Below are positions 37,389 through 51,350 of a DNA stretch of 64,000 nucleotides, in pieces. Below the pieces are notes generated by a model, which saw only the letters and a program-made list of their open reading frames with translations, was not told where the DNA came from and did no database searches. Each line of letters opens with the position of its first letter. The stretch's first letter is position 1. Made by a program: the position numbers and the translations under genes. Source of the DNA: Octopus bimaculoides (Eukaryota); NCBI RefSeq assembly GCF_001194135.2, contig NC_068986.1:4451393-4515392 (forward strand). Reading direction: 5' to 3'.

Positions 37389-37430
37389 GTACAAACCAAA
37401 CAAAATACCTTGTGTGATTTCAGAATTTGA
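37389..37430 (+). CDS. Candidate penultimate exon (xYKPNKIPCVISEFE), unidentified gene
   Basis: Near-consensus acceptor tttaatttcttgtattttcag and donor gtaagt; only the phase 2-2 frame is open; 76-nt intron to next candidate. Confidence 0.45.
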   Translation, partial: VQTKQNTLCDFRI

Positions 37431-37506
37431 GTAAGTTGAACATATTTCTAAGATTTAAGATTTAATGACCAAATGTATATAAATGATTATACATTTTCTT
37501 ACTCAG

Positions 37507-37537
37507 AAAGGTTTCCATTGCTGATCTTTTGAATTAA
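37507..37537 (+). CDS. Candidate terminal coding exon (EKVSIADLLN*)
   Basis: Acceptor tatacattttcttactcag; GA+A joins in frame with 37389-37430 and ends at TAA 37535-37537. Confidence 0.4.
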
Positions 37538-37608
37538 AGATTAACTGCTTTGTTTATCCTGTTATAAGTTAAGTCATATAATATCCATTTTGCCCATTGG
37601 CTTGTAAT

Positions 37609-37653
<45 letters not shown>

Positions 37654-38777
37654 CACACACACCTCTCCTCTTCCTCTTCTTTCCAATCTCTCACCATTCT
37701 CTACCTCTGTCTACTTATTTTATTGAACAGAGAATATTAAAATAGTTTAATAACCTGGCTGTGTTATGGAGTGGAGATGGGTATTGTAATCCATTTATTG
37801 TAAAAAAAAAAATAAAAGGCTATGTTACAAAGGTCCATTGTTAGAAATCATGAGTTGAATTCTATTGCATGGATATAAATTCCTATAGAGATATGGCACA
37901 GGAGAACAATCAGAGAACATACTGATGAAAATATCAAGACAGAAATATAAAGGAAAAAAAAAACCTGATCGATAAATGATATTCAAGTCAGATTATATAT
38001 GTTATTAAGTAAGGAGATTTGTGGAAAATCCATAAAAGAAGTAAAACCAACAGAACAAGATATATTAGGAGATAGAATATTTAGTTGAAGTTTTTAGATT
38101 TGAATTATATAAATCTTGCTTAAGATAATGTTTTACTAGCAAAATACTTTCAAATTTTAACAGATAATCTTTGCTAATTTTTGAATTACCTGGTGAATAA
38201 TGATAAATCACAGGCAAAAATGTGTAAAGATAGAATAAATGTAAATAATGATAGCAAGAATAGTGCAAGATTTCTTCATAAGTTTCAGTATTCTAAATAG
38301 ATATATGCATAGCATTTGTTTGCTACTTCATTTTATTATGTTTTAAAAATACAAAAGTGAGATTAAAAAGAAAAAAAAAATGGTTCTTGATATTTCTATT
38401 ATCTTTCTGACAGTTTTGATAAAGCCACAACTAACTTTCAAAACTACCCAATTAAAACCATTTTGTTTTCAACTTGTATTTTTAGGAAAGTCATGGGATG
38501 AATGCCACAAAATCCCACTCTTTCATTTTTTAAATCTGACTCTTTATACCTATTTTAAAAATTATTATTTTCCTAACCCATAAATGACATTTGCATATTG
38601 AAAATATAGAATTGTAGTCATTTAATTTTATTCTACACCCCCATTTCAGAAGGCATTTTCACATGCAGATGATAGATGCATATAATATTTCTCAAAACCA
38701 TAATTTTTCTAGCAGCTTTCATTGTTTTCTTTAAATTTATCACATATATTTTGCATGTATACACACACACACACACA

Positions 38778-38877
38778 NNNNNNNNNNNNNNNNNNNNNNN
38801 NNNNNNNNNNNNNNNNNNNNNNNNNNNNNNNNNNNNNNNNNNNNNNNNNNNNNNNNNNNNNNNNNNNNNNNNNNNNN
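38778..38877. other. Assembly gap
   Basis: N-run after (CA)n. Confidence 1.
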
Positions 38878-39169
38878 TCCTTTAACTTCTATGTGATATA
38901 ATTCTTGGGAAAGAATACATTTGCGGCCGAAGATAGCTTTATGCTGTCAATTATACACTGATGTAACAACTATAAAACTTGAAACACGTGTACCGCAGAA
39001 TCCTTTGTGTTTTGTTTTCATTTTTACATTTACAATTTATATATATATATATATATATATTAATTATATAACCCATGCCAGCATGGAAAATGGACGTTAA
39101 ATGATGATGATGATGATGTATATATATATATATATATATATAGAGATATAGATATATACACATATATTT

Positions 39170-39498
39170 TACATGCTGGTAGCATGTAAAAAAACACCCT
39201 TTGAACATTGGGTCTCACGGAGGCAGTGACAAGTAACTGAGAACTTTAGTGATATACCATGCTGAGAAGACTTGTCGAGCAAAGTGAGATTATAGTTGTG
39301 GCCCATGCTGGTGTTATGTATCTGGCATGTAAAAGCACCCACCACACTCTTGGAGTGGTTGACGTTAGAAAGAGCATCTAGCCATAGAAACGATGCCAAA
39401 TCAGATTGGAACCTGGTGTAGCTCTCCAGCTTACCAATTTTCAACCAAATTGTCCAACCCATGCCAGCATGGAAAACGGACATTATATGATGATGATG

Positions 39499-39500
<2 letters not shown>
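39170..39500 (+). mobile_element. Family C repeat, long copy
   Basis: catgtaaaaaaacacc...gagaagacttgtcgagcaaagtgag...aaaagcacccaccacactcttggagtggttgacgttagaaagagcatc...catgccagcatggaaaacggac. Confidence 0.85.
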
Positions 39501-39545
<45 letters not shown>

Positions 39546-40786
39546 CATGCAGAAATGCAGTTGTTTTTCATATTGATTAAACTCAACCAGTAATTTACTA
39601 TAGGAAAATACAACTAAATAGTTTGAAGTTTTGTAACTTTTTTTTTAATTGCGTTTTTGCCTTTGGAAACTGCCTTTAAAACTGCCTTAAAACTCAGTTG
39701 CTTGTAGCCCATTTCATATGAGTTGCTTTTAACAATTACACATAATTCTTTTTATTCATCCTAACAATTACACATAATTCATTGAAAACTTAACAACCTG
39801 TATTGAATAAATTCAATAAACATCCATTCTGTACCATAAAACTATCTGTCTAGTAATATTGAAAAATTGTAACTGTTCTAGTTTTCCTTCCTCTACCCAC
39901 AGCAATTAGATATGATTCAAAGTTACGATCTTTTACAATAATGACTTCCAATCTTCTGTTCTTTAATTATTCTACTCTTCCATTCTATTTCATTGCTTTC
40001 AAATAATGTTGGCCTTTCTACACATTGTAGCAGTCATTTTATCTTCCTAGGACACATTTGCTCAGCAATTCTAAATATTTATTATTTGATAATTTGTCTA
40101 GTGAATATGTTCTTAAAAAAAACAAAAACAACCCTTCTTGTCAATAAGTCCCGATTTTGCATTGCTTGCTCTTCTTTTTTCACACCAGTGAACTTTGATG
40201 CTCGGCACTTTCGTTCCTGATAAAACATTCAATGAAGAGTAATTTTGCAACTATAAATGTGATGGTTCCACATCTGGGACATTTCTATTGTAACACCAAC
40301 AGTAATTATGATAATATTGAGGTAGATACATAGATATTAAGAGAGGCAAAACTATGATAAAAACAAACAAATTTTTAAAAAAAAGCAATCACAAAGTCTA
40401 TGTATTATACCAGGGGGGAAAGAAATTTAACCCACTATCATCATATACCCCCTTTTTTGTTATCCTTTAGTCAGAGTGGAGTAAGGGCAGTGCTCAAGAA
40501 ACTTTGTGATCTCCAAGGCTGAAAAGAAGAAATTATACTCAGACCAGACTCAACTGCTTGCATTCTAAAGGACTCTATATGCACTCAAAGACAATCAGAA
40601 TGAGGTGATTGGATGCTGATGATTTGACACAGTTGACTGGATATTCAGCCTGTTTTAGTGACAGCACTTTTTGATACTGATAGTAAACACACACACATGT
40701 GCGCACATGCATGCACACACAGAAATGTACACCTGTAGATTTAAAAAGTGAGAGAGAGAAAAAGACGTTATAATTTATTGATTTAA

Positions 40787-41072
40787 CTGGCACTCTGTTG
40801 GTTATGACGATGAAGGTTCCAGTTGATCCAATCAACAGAACAGCCTGCTCGTGAAATTAACATGCAAATAGTTAAGCACTCCAGACACATGTACCTTTAA
40901 TGCAGTTCTCAAGGAGATTCAACATGATACAGGTACTGCTCACCTTTGCCAGCTGAGTGAACTGGAGCAATATGAAATAGTCTCTTGCTCAAGGACACTA
41001 TGCACTGCCAAGAATTGAACTCGTAACCTTTTGATCATGAGACGGACACCCTAACCACTAAATCATGTGCTT
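40787..41072 (-). mobile_element. Family D variant SINE
   Basis: Reverse complement of 36092-36408 (ctggcactctgttggttatgacgatgaaggttccagttgatcc ... ccctaaccactaaatcatgtgc). Confidence 0.8.
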
Positions 41073-41750
41073 TTATCTGTTGATTGAACACAGCTGACAG
41101 AAACATTTTCCCTCTCCTCATACTCAGAGAGAAATATGCTCACACATGAGAGAGAGAGATAGTGAGGGAGAAGGAGAGAAGGATTAGAACCTTTGTTGTC
41201 AAATAAATCAACATCAAATCAGTGGCACCATATAGGTGTCAACAAAACTGCTATGCCAAAACATCTCCTACCCAAGGATCATGCTGTAGTAATGTTAAAC
41301 TGTACCACAGATTAAAAGGAACCGAATTCTTGATTCCCTAACTACTTCTATATTCTCTTTTTGTCTTCATCATTCTTCAAGCTTCATCCCTCTCAGTTTT
41401 CTTATTTGTCAAACATCAAATCAATAATTGTCACTGGGTCTTCTTTTTTCAATGATGACTTGTTATTTTACCTTTGATTATTTACATTTAAATTATTTTT
41501 GTTCTTTCACCATATTTTACCAGAGCTTTCTCCTTTTTTTTTCATTCTAATACATCTGGTTCTTCTTTCATTCCAAGCTTATCTTTCTTCTTTCATTTGT
41601 GAATCTTATTTCCCTATTCTTAAACTGTTGCCTTTTATTTTTAACTTTGTGTCAAATACTAAATTGAAACAATGTTTGACTCTTGTGGAAGCAGAAACTA
41701 GAAGAATGTTGGTTTAAAAGTCAAAGGAAAGTGTCTTTTGAGTACCATAT

Positions 41751-41834
41751 NNNNNNNNNNNNNNNNNNNNNNNNNNNNNNNNNNNNNNNNNNNNNNNNNN
41801 NNNNNNNNNNNNNNNNNNNNNNNNNNNNNNNNNN
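41751..41834. other. Assembly gap
   Basis: N-run. Confidence 1.
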
Positions 41835-41939
41835 TATATATATATATATATTTATATATATTTAATACTGTGAAACTTAATTTAATTTCAATAAATTGAT
41901 TTTAATTGAGTTTTTAGCTGTAACTTTGGATTTTTATCC

Positions 41940-41970
<31 letters not shown>

Positions 41971-42089
41971 CATTTTATGCATGTGCATACATACACATAC
42001 ACAGACAGACACTTGCATGTGTATACCCACATATTTTTTCATACATGCACTATAATGTAATCAAGATGAAATCATCAACAACGTCAATG

Positions 42090-42385
42090 TATAACGCTGC
42101 CTTAACTCCCACTTCTCCAACACCCACTACCTTATTGCCGATGCCTTCTTAATTCTCACCACATAATTACTCCTACCTTCTTAACTACCACTTTACTAAA
42201 CCACCCCTGCACCCCTAACGACCACAGCCTTATTACTCCCACCTTTCTAACACATGCAAGAGTCTATCTCTAATGCCCACCACTATATTGCTTCACCTCC
42301 TTAACCACCTTTGCTACCCCCAACCCGATTAGTCTTGTCTTTAACCACCACCACCACTACCATCATGACCTTATTGTTGCCACCA
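42090..42385. repeat. Degenerate C-rich (ACC/ACT) low-complexity tract
   Basis: Decayed ccaccact / ccttaacc units. Confidence 0.6.
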
Positions 42386-43424
42386 AAATACTTAGATTGA
42401 TGGAAATACCTGATTTGAGGATATCTCCATCTTGTGTTGTTCTGTTTCCCCCTGTCACACCCTCTGAGTTGAATCATATTTCTACCTCACTTCTTCTACT
42501 GCCAGTTTTTTTAAGCCCAACTTATTTTACCCTTCTCGCTAAACCTTAAAATAATTAAGTCTCATCTGCCCTCAAAATTTGAGTATTCATATTGATTTAA
42601 GGGCTATCACTATAGCTTTTGAAAAGACAGACGTATATTCTGCCTCTTGATTATTCCGATGATTTCTAGCCAAAGAAAACATAGCACTACAAAATCTGCA
42701 GCAATCAATCATATTAACAATGATTTTGAAAATGTACAAGCAAGCAAAAGTCTTGAAGCAGATTATAAGCACCTAATTTAAAGCCTTCTCACTAGCTTTA
42801 CCAAAATTTCTTACATAAATGGCATCCTTCCAATCTCTTCTTCTAAAGATCTGTTAAACCTTTAATTCTGTATTTGTTTAGCTTTTTATCAATTTGTTAC
42901 CCACTTCATGTCCTTTTCAACTGTGTTGCAAATGCAGCAACTTGTATTTCTTCACTCTCTTTTGAATCCAACATTCTTTTTGTTTGTAATATCAGGAATT
43001 ACCATTAGCTATCACTTTCTGCCAATAATTAACATCTGACACGCATACTGTTTAATAGCATCAAATAACAGATTTTAATTGTTTCCAACAAGAACTGTGC
43101 AACATCACTTCTTACTTCTTAAATATTGGCTAGACCAGAAACAGGAAACCTTTTATATATTTGAAGACCACCATATTGCATTAAATGTAATCTGAGACTG
43201 GACAGATTGGAGAAAATTTTATTAAAAATACAGGAAAATGCAATTACATTTATTGTGAAAATGTAATTAAGACATAAAAATATTAAATGACCTTGTAATT
43301 ATTTAAACACACACACACTATCATCGTCATTATCATCATCATCATCATCAATATCGTCATTCATTTTAATATAGTTTACCATGCTTGCATGTTTTGAATG
43401 GGCTGTCAGAGTTCAAATGATTTC

Positions 43425-43695
43425 TTATCCAGAACTGTGCCATGTAAAAGTGCCCATGTGGTGCTGCATAAAAGTACCCATGCAGTGCCCATGTGGCACC
43501 ATGTAAAATCACGTGTGTGGTGCCTTGTAAAAGCACCCAGTACACTCTGTAAAGTGGTTGGTGTTAGGAAGGACATCCAGCCATAGAAACCATGCCAAAG
43601 AATGGAGTCTGCTGCAGTCCCCCAGCTTGCCAGCTCCGGTCACACTGTCCAACCCATGCCAGCATGGACAATGGACATTAAATGATGATGATGAA
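43425..43695 (+). mobile_element. Family C repeat with internally repeated gtgccatgtaaaag motif
   Basis: gtaaaagcacccagtacactctgtaaagtggttggtgttaggaaggacatccagcc...catggacaatggacattaaatgatgatgatg. Confidence 0.85.
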
Positions 43696-44375
43696 TTAAT
43701 GCCTTCCTTGATGGATCAGACATGTGCATGCTTGTGTGTGTGTGTGCGTGCACGAGCACATGTTTTATGCGAAATCCAGACATCTAAGATTTGCAAATGA
43801 CCCAGGTTCTCCACCCTTGGTTGAACCCATTATTTTTTTATTGCATTATAACACCTCTAATAATCTTTCTTGGAAGTTTTGTAAGAGACAAGTATACAAT
43901 TGTGGCTCAGCAACTGACTGAGCCTGAAGTACTTTAACCCTAAACAGAAATGTTAACATTTGTGATGTAGTTTTGGTGATATTCTATGGGTTGAGTTTGA
44001 GAAATGAGGTCATTAGAGATTATGAGAGCCTAAAGCATATGTAACAACTCTGACAGGTTTAGTTGTATGTTGTTCATAACTATAGAGTGAGATAGATAAT
44101 ATTTCCTTGAGATATTTAATAATTACAACTTTGTCCATATCCTTTGTGAAAAAGTTTCTCAAGATCTTTTTTCATGAAAATATTGTATGTTTAGCATGAG
44201 ATGTGTAGGTTGTGTAGAGATGATGCCTGTATGTGGAAGGGTGAGGAGGATTGAAATGCGGAACCATATGTGCGTTGTTAAAAGACTGAAAAGCATAACT
44301 GGATATTGGTGTCCAGCAAATTTAATAGAACCTCATTGACATGAGCTGCTGTGATAGTGACCTAGAAGCATAAGA

Positions 44376-44715
44376 GGTAAAGACCCCCTTCGGTCATGAA
44401 TGACCATGGGATTACACCTAGAAAGTTCCCCTCCAAGGCACAAGTCTGGCCAAGGTTGTTTATAGGAGTCTAGCAGTCATCCATGCATACCAACCTCTCT
44501 TCTCCTTGCCACTGATGTTATCCAAGGGAAAGGCAAAAGGGCCAATACAGCTTGGCACCAGTGACATCACAACTCATTTCTACAGTTGAGTGAACTGGAA
44601 GAACATGAAATAAAGTGTCTTGCTCAAGAACACAATACACAGTCTGGTCTGGGAATCAAGTTCATTACTTCATGATTGTGAACCCAACACTCTAACCACT
44701 GAGCCATGTGCCTTC
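44376..44715 (-). mobile_element. Family D SINE, full length
   Basis: ggtaaagacccccttcggtcatgaatgaccatgggattacacctagaaagttccc ... tcttgctcaagaacac ... ctctaaccactgagccatgtgcc. Confidence 0.85.
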
Positions 44716-44929
44716 ATGATACTGATCTAAGAACTGAGATTAATGATCATGGATTTGACACTTAACCAAATGGTTATCATGTGAGGCCTGGTTTTGTCTT
44801 TGTTGATAAGAAATATGTTATTGGTTTTGCTAAAGTTCTCAAGAGTGAAGGACCACTAAGGAGTGACATAGGAGAAAAAGAAACTAAAGGTGAGGAAGGA
44901 AATGTGAACAACTGCTTCTATAATATTTT

Positions 44930-45085
44930 AGGGATTGCTGAGTTCAAATTCCGCAGGAGTTGACTTTGCCTTTCATCCTTTCAGGGTCGATAAATTAAGT
45001 ACCAGTTGCATGCTGGGGTCGATTTAATCGACTGGCCCCCTCCCCCAAAATTTCGGGTCAGTTTCCTAGAGTAGAAAAGAATATT
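44930..45085 (+). mobile_element. Family A SINE 3' part
   Basis: gagttcaaattccgcaggagttgactttgcctttcatcctttcagggtcgataaattaagtaccag...cctagagtagaaaagaat. Confidence 0.85.
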
Positions 45086-45104
45086 TAAAGGATTGGAAAA
45101 AAAA

Positions 45105-45560
45105 TTAAACTAAGTTATTGGCTGTCAAATTCAGAGAAGTTGTTCTCTTGGACACTGTAACACACTGTAGTGTGTTTCTAAATATTGAGGCAGAGATCTG
45201 TAAAAAGAGTGAGAGATTGAAGAATTGGTGTAAATAGGAGTTAGGTCTCGTGTTACAGTTTGGTAGTGATAGAAGAAGACACCACCAGGACTGGTCACAT
45301 TTAGTGTGATCAAGAGACTTTTTGAATGTCAGCTGTCTGTACACGGTGAAGAGATTGGGAACATAGTGAAGGCGAGTTTGGAATGGGCTTATGCTGAGTA
45401 TGTGCAGTATGAGGCTGAAAGCAAATGTGGAGAGTTTTTTAGCAACTGCTCTGCTAACAGAGCCATCTCGGTTGAGGACTAGTGGTAGAAGGTAATGATT
45501 TTCTAGAGAAGAGGTCAAATGAGTTCTCTAATTGGGGAAGTGGAAGTTACAGGTTGAACA
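45105..45560 (-). mobile_element. Possible decayed LINE (CR1/L2/Jockey-group-like) C-terminal fragment
   Basis: Minus frames contain VFFYHY and SHSFYRSLPQYL-like remnants; similarity weak. Confidence 0.25.
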
Positions 45561-46064
45561 ATATCAGAAAGTCTCCCTTGTTTTTCTGATGGTGATCCTG
45601 TAAGCAACGTAATAATGAGTGAAATTCTGCATGTGCTGTGGTTGTTTGGTCTCAGATCAACCTTTATTGATCAAATCTATGATCAAAGGTATTCTAACTA
45701 TGACCATCCCATCCTTTTGGGGGGTATTTAGTAATATATTTATCTAACGTATCCTTCTTTGTTTAAGATTTGAAGGAAATTTAGCTGCTATTTCCAGCAG
45801 GTCATATGACTGTGTACCGGTTCTTTTGTTTTTGTTGGTGCTGGTAATCATGTGACAGTAGTTGGTGACTTTTTCCTGAGAATGTAGGCAATATTGTTTT
45901 CCCAGCACTGTTAGTGCTTCATATACATCAATTTCATTCATTCTTATTATGTTAATGTTGATCAAATTAGTAAAAACATCATTTCTATACATATAGTTTA
46001 CACTAGTTTTGCATAATAATATATTTACATTTAATTTATAACAATGAAAATTTTGTGTCAATAT

Positions 46065-46420
46065 AATTCTCCTCCTCGTATCCTCATCCTTTTACATAGA
46101 CTTTTACCATGCTTAGATAGGTTGGATGAGTCTTCTCCTTCACAGTGTCTCACCATTTGATGCAGTGTTTGTCATCTTCTTTATGAGGTTCAGACTCTTG
46201 AGGTCAGCCTTCACCACCTCTTCCTATGTTTTCCTTTACATGATACTTCCGCTTGGATTAGCATTTCTTTATCAAACTATCATCACACATCTGTATCAGG
46301 CTTTCTCTTACACCCAGTATTTTTCTCAGCTCATTTCTGTGTATTATTTCATGCACACCAACACTCTTTCTTTTGACTCTATCTAACATTTTGTCACTTA
46401 CATAATATTGTTCCTTGCTT
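46065..46420 (-). mobile_element. RTE LINE 3' remnant
   Basis: Minus-strand VGVHEIIHRNELRKILGV...MCDDSLIKKC then a degraded GKPRKT-like region and a (GAG)n-like tail. Confidence 0.65.
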
Positions 46421-46669
46421 CCACTTTCTCCTAATATTTCCAAACCTAGCTTTTAGCATTTATGTTTCTATCTATTGTTCCATTCCAGCACCATGTTGCC
46501 TTTCATCTGGTTCGTACCTTGCTCCAGACTTGGCCTGTGTCCCATGCATCAACTTGTATTTCTTTCAACCTACATCTAGCAGATTGATATTTCAGTTTCA
46601 GTACCTTCCATTTTCAAGTTGTCTTGTGCATCTGTCTAGCTTTTGCCATGAGGTCACTCATGATCAGAA

Positions 46670-47040
46670 CGATCATCATTTAACCCTCCCTTTTCCATGG
46701 GTTGGAAGGTTCGACATGATCCAATGAGCCAGGGGGCTGTGCCAATCAGCATTGTATGCTTTGGCATGGTTTCTACAGCTGGATGCCCTTCCCAATGTCA
46801 ACCACTTCACAGAATGTACTATATGCCTTTTCCATAACATCTGCACTGGAGAGGTCACCTAGTATCTCACAAGACAAGATCCCTTCAACTGAGTGAGGTG
46901 TACTATTGAGGGATATGAAAGTATGATATAGGGACAGGAGCCAGTATCTTGCTGAAGAGGTAGATACATGGTTTCCCCCAAATGGAAACAGAGAGAGGGA
47001 AAAAAAAAAAAGAAATAGATGTGAGATCAAATAACAAGAT
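46670..47040 (-). mobile_element. Family C repeat
   Basis: catcatttaaccctcccttttccatggg...ggtttctacagctggatgcccttcccaatgtcaaccacttcacagaatgtac. Confidence 0.8.
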
Positions 47041-47413
47041 GAATATGAGAGAGAATAAGGATATAGGAGCAGAAAGATGGACAGGTAGTCTATACTGAGT
47101 GATACATTCTTTATCATGCATGATATTCAACTAACTGCCTATACCATTTCCTGTTGAGTATAAAGTGTATTTAGCTTGAATTTTCACTTTAATTATAGGT
47201 TCTCATATAGGTGAACTGTTTCCTGAATTTAGAGTTACAAATGGTCAGATCATTTGCATCCTGGAACTCCAAGAGCCTATGATGCTGCCCAACGTATCCA
47301 CTAAAGTATGAGCTGTGATAACAAGGTTGTTTATATATTGCCAAAGTTATTTTTAAAATGGCCCCCTAGAAAAGTCCTTTTTAAGCCTTTCAGTCCTAAT
47401 TCTGCTGCACATG

Positions 47414-47448
<35 letters not shown>

Positions 47449-47829
47449 CTGTTGCTGTCATGTTGCCTATGACTAGTCCAAGTTTAATTATTCAGTGACA
47501 TATTGCAACTACTTCAATTATTTTATTTATTTTTCTGCCAATGATATGCCAGCTCCAACCACCCTAACTCTGTTACTCACCGAGAAGAATTTGTAGTTGT
47601 GTTCCTTACACATTTTTCTAGGTGTGTAGCAACACTGGGTTGGGTATCAGTATTGTCAAATTTATATTTACAAAAGTAAGGTCATAAAAACTTCAGTCAG
47701 AAATATTTTATTTGTACATAAATTACTTATGATATCAGACACAACTTTATTATTCTCGAAAAACAAACTAATTTTGAACTCTATATGATATTAATGGTAT
47801 CTTCAGATGAGGAGGTGGGGGGTTCGTGT

Positions 47830-48330
47830 CTTATTTCTTTGTCTCATTATTATTATTATTATTAATTCCTTTGTCTTTGATAAAGTTCTTATCAGAATTC
47901 TTGAGAATTCTTTGGAAACTTGTATTTATTATTCAACACATATTTGCATATTACATTTTTCTCACCTCTATTTCTCTTATTTTTTTTTCTCTCTGCTATG
48001 ATAATATTTTCTTTTACTTATCTTCTCTCTATTTCTGTCCATTCTTCTCTGTTAATATTATTGCTTCCTTTTGTTTTCTCTTGCACTGTTTATTGTTATT
48101 TTCAAATTATTTATTGTTCTTATCATGTCTTATTTTTATCCATTCTATATTGCATCGTAAATTTTTCATTTTCTGTTTTTTTATTTCTGCTTTTTCTCTT
48201 TTTTCCATCTATCATTCCTCTTACTCTCTGTTTCACTCTAGATATTTCTTTCTTTTTACTCTTAACCCTCTGTCTTTTCTTCACTCTTCTCTCTTTCTCA
48301 GTCACCTCCTCTCATTTTCCTCCTCTTCTT
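47830..48330. repeat. T/C-rich low-complexity region
   Basis: Purine-poor plus strand generating Phe/Leu/Ser pseudo-ORFs. Confidence 0.7.
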
Positions 48331-48753
48331 AACTTGTATGTTTGCATACATGTGTTTTTGTCACACACATTCATATTCACACACATACACACTCACACTC
48401 ATTCACGCTCATGCACACACACACACACATACACACACACACACACACGTGCATATACTCAAACTTTTCTAATGTAAGATTTCCTCTTATTATACCTTTC
48501 AAAATAGTGTTCGTGTAAATTTTTATTGAGCAAATTTATAAAATTTAACTAATCTAACACTGACGATACAAACTAGAAATAATTGCTCAAAATCTGATGT
48601 TACAATAACTTAGTTTAACATTTTTTTTGGAAGCCATCTCAGAAATTGTAAAGAAAATAAATTATTAAATGTTAACACTGAATGGCAAATCAGGATAATG
48701 CTGTAACTAATTAGCAATGGAAATACTAGTTCTTGTAAGTTTTTCAATATTAA

Positions 48754-48958
48754 CCCTTTTCATTCCAAACTGTCTGAAACCACTCCTGGTTCTGTGAGAC
48801 AACCTTCCAGTTTAAAGGTGATCTAACTTAAAACCTATCAAAATTTCATGATATTTATGTCCAAACAGCAGCTTAATAATAACAATGTTATTTTGCTAAA
48901 TTCTTCATTAGTTCACAAATTAATTAAGACAAAAGCAGTGTATTTCAACAGAAATGTA
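48754..48958. mobile_element. MITE P2
   Basis: ttaacccttttcattccaaac...aaagcagtgtatttcaacagaaat. Confidence 0.7.
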
Positions 48959-50379
48959 TTTTTAAAAACATTAAAGAATATGCTGACACATTGCAATTTA
49001 GGTATACACTCATTACCACCCTATCAGTTCAGAATATTGACATTAACTCGTCGTTGGATATGAAGTTAAGAACAAACTACTTTCTTTGGTGTGAAGATCT
49101 CCATTATTACCTTGATTTCAAGGTAGATTATTCCTTATTTGCTGTTGTACCAATACTGTGAAAATATTATCAGAACATTTGTAAGGGAAAAAAAAAACAG
49201 CCATAATGATGAATTTATAAAAATGTTCCTCTCATTTCCTGCATGCCAACAAAAAATAGACCTATTCAAAATCTTCTTGTTAGCATAATACAGAAATAGT
49301 TATGCAGCGTGTAGTTTGGGAATACATTTCTGAGGCAGATTTTAGCCACCCACTGGTGATCTAAAACAGCACATGGCAAAAGAGTGGAATTAAACCATAA
49401 TCTGCATTATCCTACGTCATCCCCCTCTTAGATTAATGGGAGCACAGCAATCAATAAAGATCAATAAAAATAACTACAGGTACTGAAAACTGAATGAAGA
49501 TGTAAAGTTACCAACAGAAATAAATGTTAAAGATAATGAGCTGGCTAAGGGGTCCAAATAATTTTAGCCAACCATATATGCATGCATAAGGTGCAAATGA
49601 GTGGGCTACATGATATGTGCATAAGTATATGCAAGTTAGTTTGCATTGTGTGTATTTCAGCTGCGAGTGCGGTCTGCATCTATGCATGTGCACAAAAAAG
49701 TAGGTTTGAAAAATGTGCTTCCATACATGTCTGTAGAAAATTGATGAGCATTCATATAATAATAGTAGTTTGCAAAAAAATACACATTTTATTTTTGTGA
49801 TAATATGTGCTCTCAATGAATACTATGTAGTGACAAATACAGTTGGAAAAACTTTTGCTGTTCAGCTACATAACTTGAATTATTTCATGTATTGTTTATG
49901 TAATCATATCAATGTGTGTTTGTATCAAAATGGAAGACTAGGAAAAACATGCTTTAAAAAATTGAACTCATTAATTACAATTTAAAAGAAAAAAATCTGT
50001 TCCACTGCTAGGAAGACTTAACAAAATATTAAAACTCTGTTTTCATATAAAGCAGGAATTACAACCATTATTCATTTCTAACATTCTTTAGAGAGATGAT
50101 GATTCCACATTTGTAGCTTTTTCACTCCTTAAGACATATGTAAGGGAAGGTGACATTCCTGTTTTACCATTGACTTAGTCAATATTCCTAATGACTGGTA
50201 ATTGCTATGTTGTAGTTGGCTACAGGTTGCATTGAAGTGGTAATGGAGACATACATGTAGCCTCTGATATTATATTGTGTTAGAAAACAGCTTCCAACTG
50301 TGGTAAACAGCATGTTTGTTTAATAAGCCTGGAAAGAAATTACTTAAAGCTTACATCGTCATTATTATCATCATCATCA

Positions 50380-50782
50380 CAATCTATTATCATCATTTTC
50401 ATGTTCACTTGTCTATGCTTGTATGTGTCAGATGGAATTTGTTGAGGCAGATTTTGATTGCTCTTCTGGCTGTCAACCTTCACCTGTTTCCCAGCCAAAT
50501 AATATTTCCCCATGCCTGGACATGTTTACACAGAAGATTGGAAATGCTTCAATGCTGGTGACACTAACAACTATCATGTGATGTCATGCCAAGGAAGACA
50601 CAAAAGCACACACACACACTTACACATGCAATGGGCCTTTTTCAGTTCCCTCGACCTAAAGCTCTCACAAGCCTTTGGTCAGCCCAAAGCTATAATAAAA
50701 GACACTTCCCCAAGGTGTTATGCAGTGGAACTGAACCTAAGACCATGCATTTGGAAAGCAACATTTTTAATAGCCATGCCAG
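50380..50782 (-). mobile_element. Family C repeat (50380-50600) plus family B head (50610-50782)
   Basis: catcattttcatgttcacttgtctatgc...aataatatttccccatgcc; gggcctttttcagttcc...gaacctaagaccatgcatttggaaagc. Confidence 0.75.
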
Positions 50783-51283
50783 TGCCTTACAGCTGAGAAA
50801 AAAAGACGAAAAAAAATTAGCAGGATTAGTGTTACTGTAGTGATAGCTGGATGCGAGAACAGCTTGAAAATTTTACATTTGTTATCAGAAATAAAGCTTG
50901 TTTGATAATCAAAATATGCAAACACATGTTGTGCTATCCAATGGGAAAAAATGTCTTTAATTAAGACAATGTTTGTTTACTTGAAAGCCTTTGTGCCATC
51001 AGTTGTACACTTGTTTGAACATTGGAACCACCAATTATCTAATATTAAAAGCATGTTTGTAAGGATGTAGCAATAATGCATTATTTTTCCTTCTATTCTC
51101 TACATATCAACAGAAAATAGGCTTCTTCCAATCTTGTTGGTAGAATAATGCCATTATAATTATACAGTGCATGTTTTGAATACAGGATTAGCATACAGCA
51201 TAGAATATAACATTAAAGATAGACCAGTGAAAAATAATAAACTTCGTTGTACTTTATAATATTCATATGTATAATATGTTATA

Positions 51284-51284
<1 letters not shown>

Positions 51285-51346
<62 letters not shown>
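51285..51346. repeat. (TA)n microsatellite
   Basis: Perfect TA run. Confidence 0.95.

Positions 51347-51350
<4 letters not shown>

Noticed and set aside
40135-40218. Minus-strand exon-like unit ERKCRASKFTGVKKEEQAMQNRDLLTRR with retained CpGs
   Set aside because: Good acceptor but weak or ambiguous donor, and no phase-linked neighbour identified.
42590-43200. Complex 600-bp segment suspected to be a DNA-transposase remnant
   Set aside because: No motif could be assigned with confidence in any frame.
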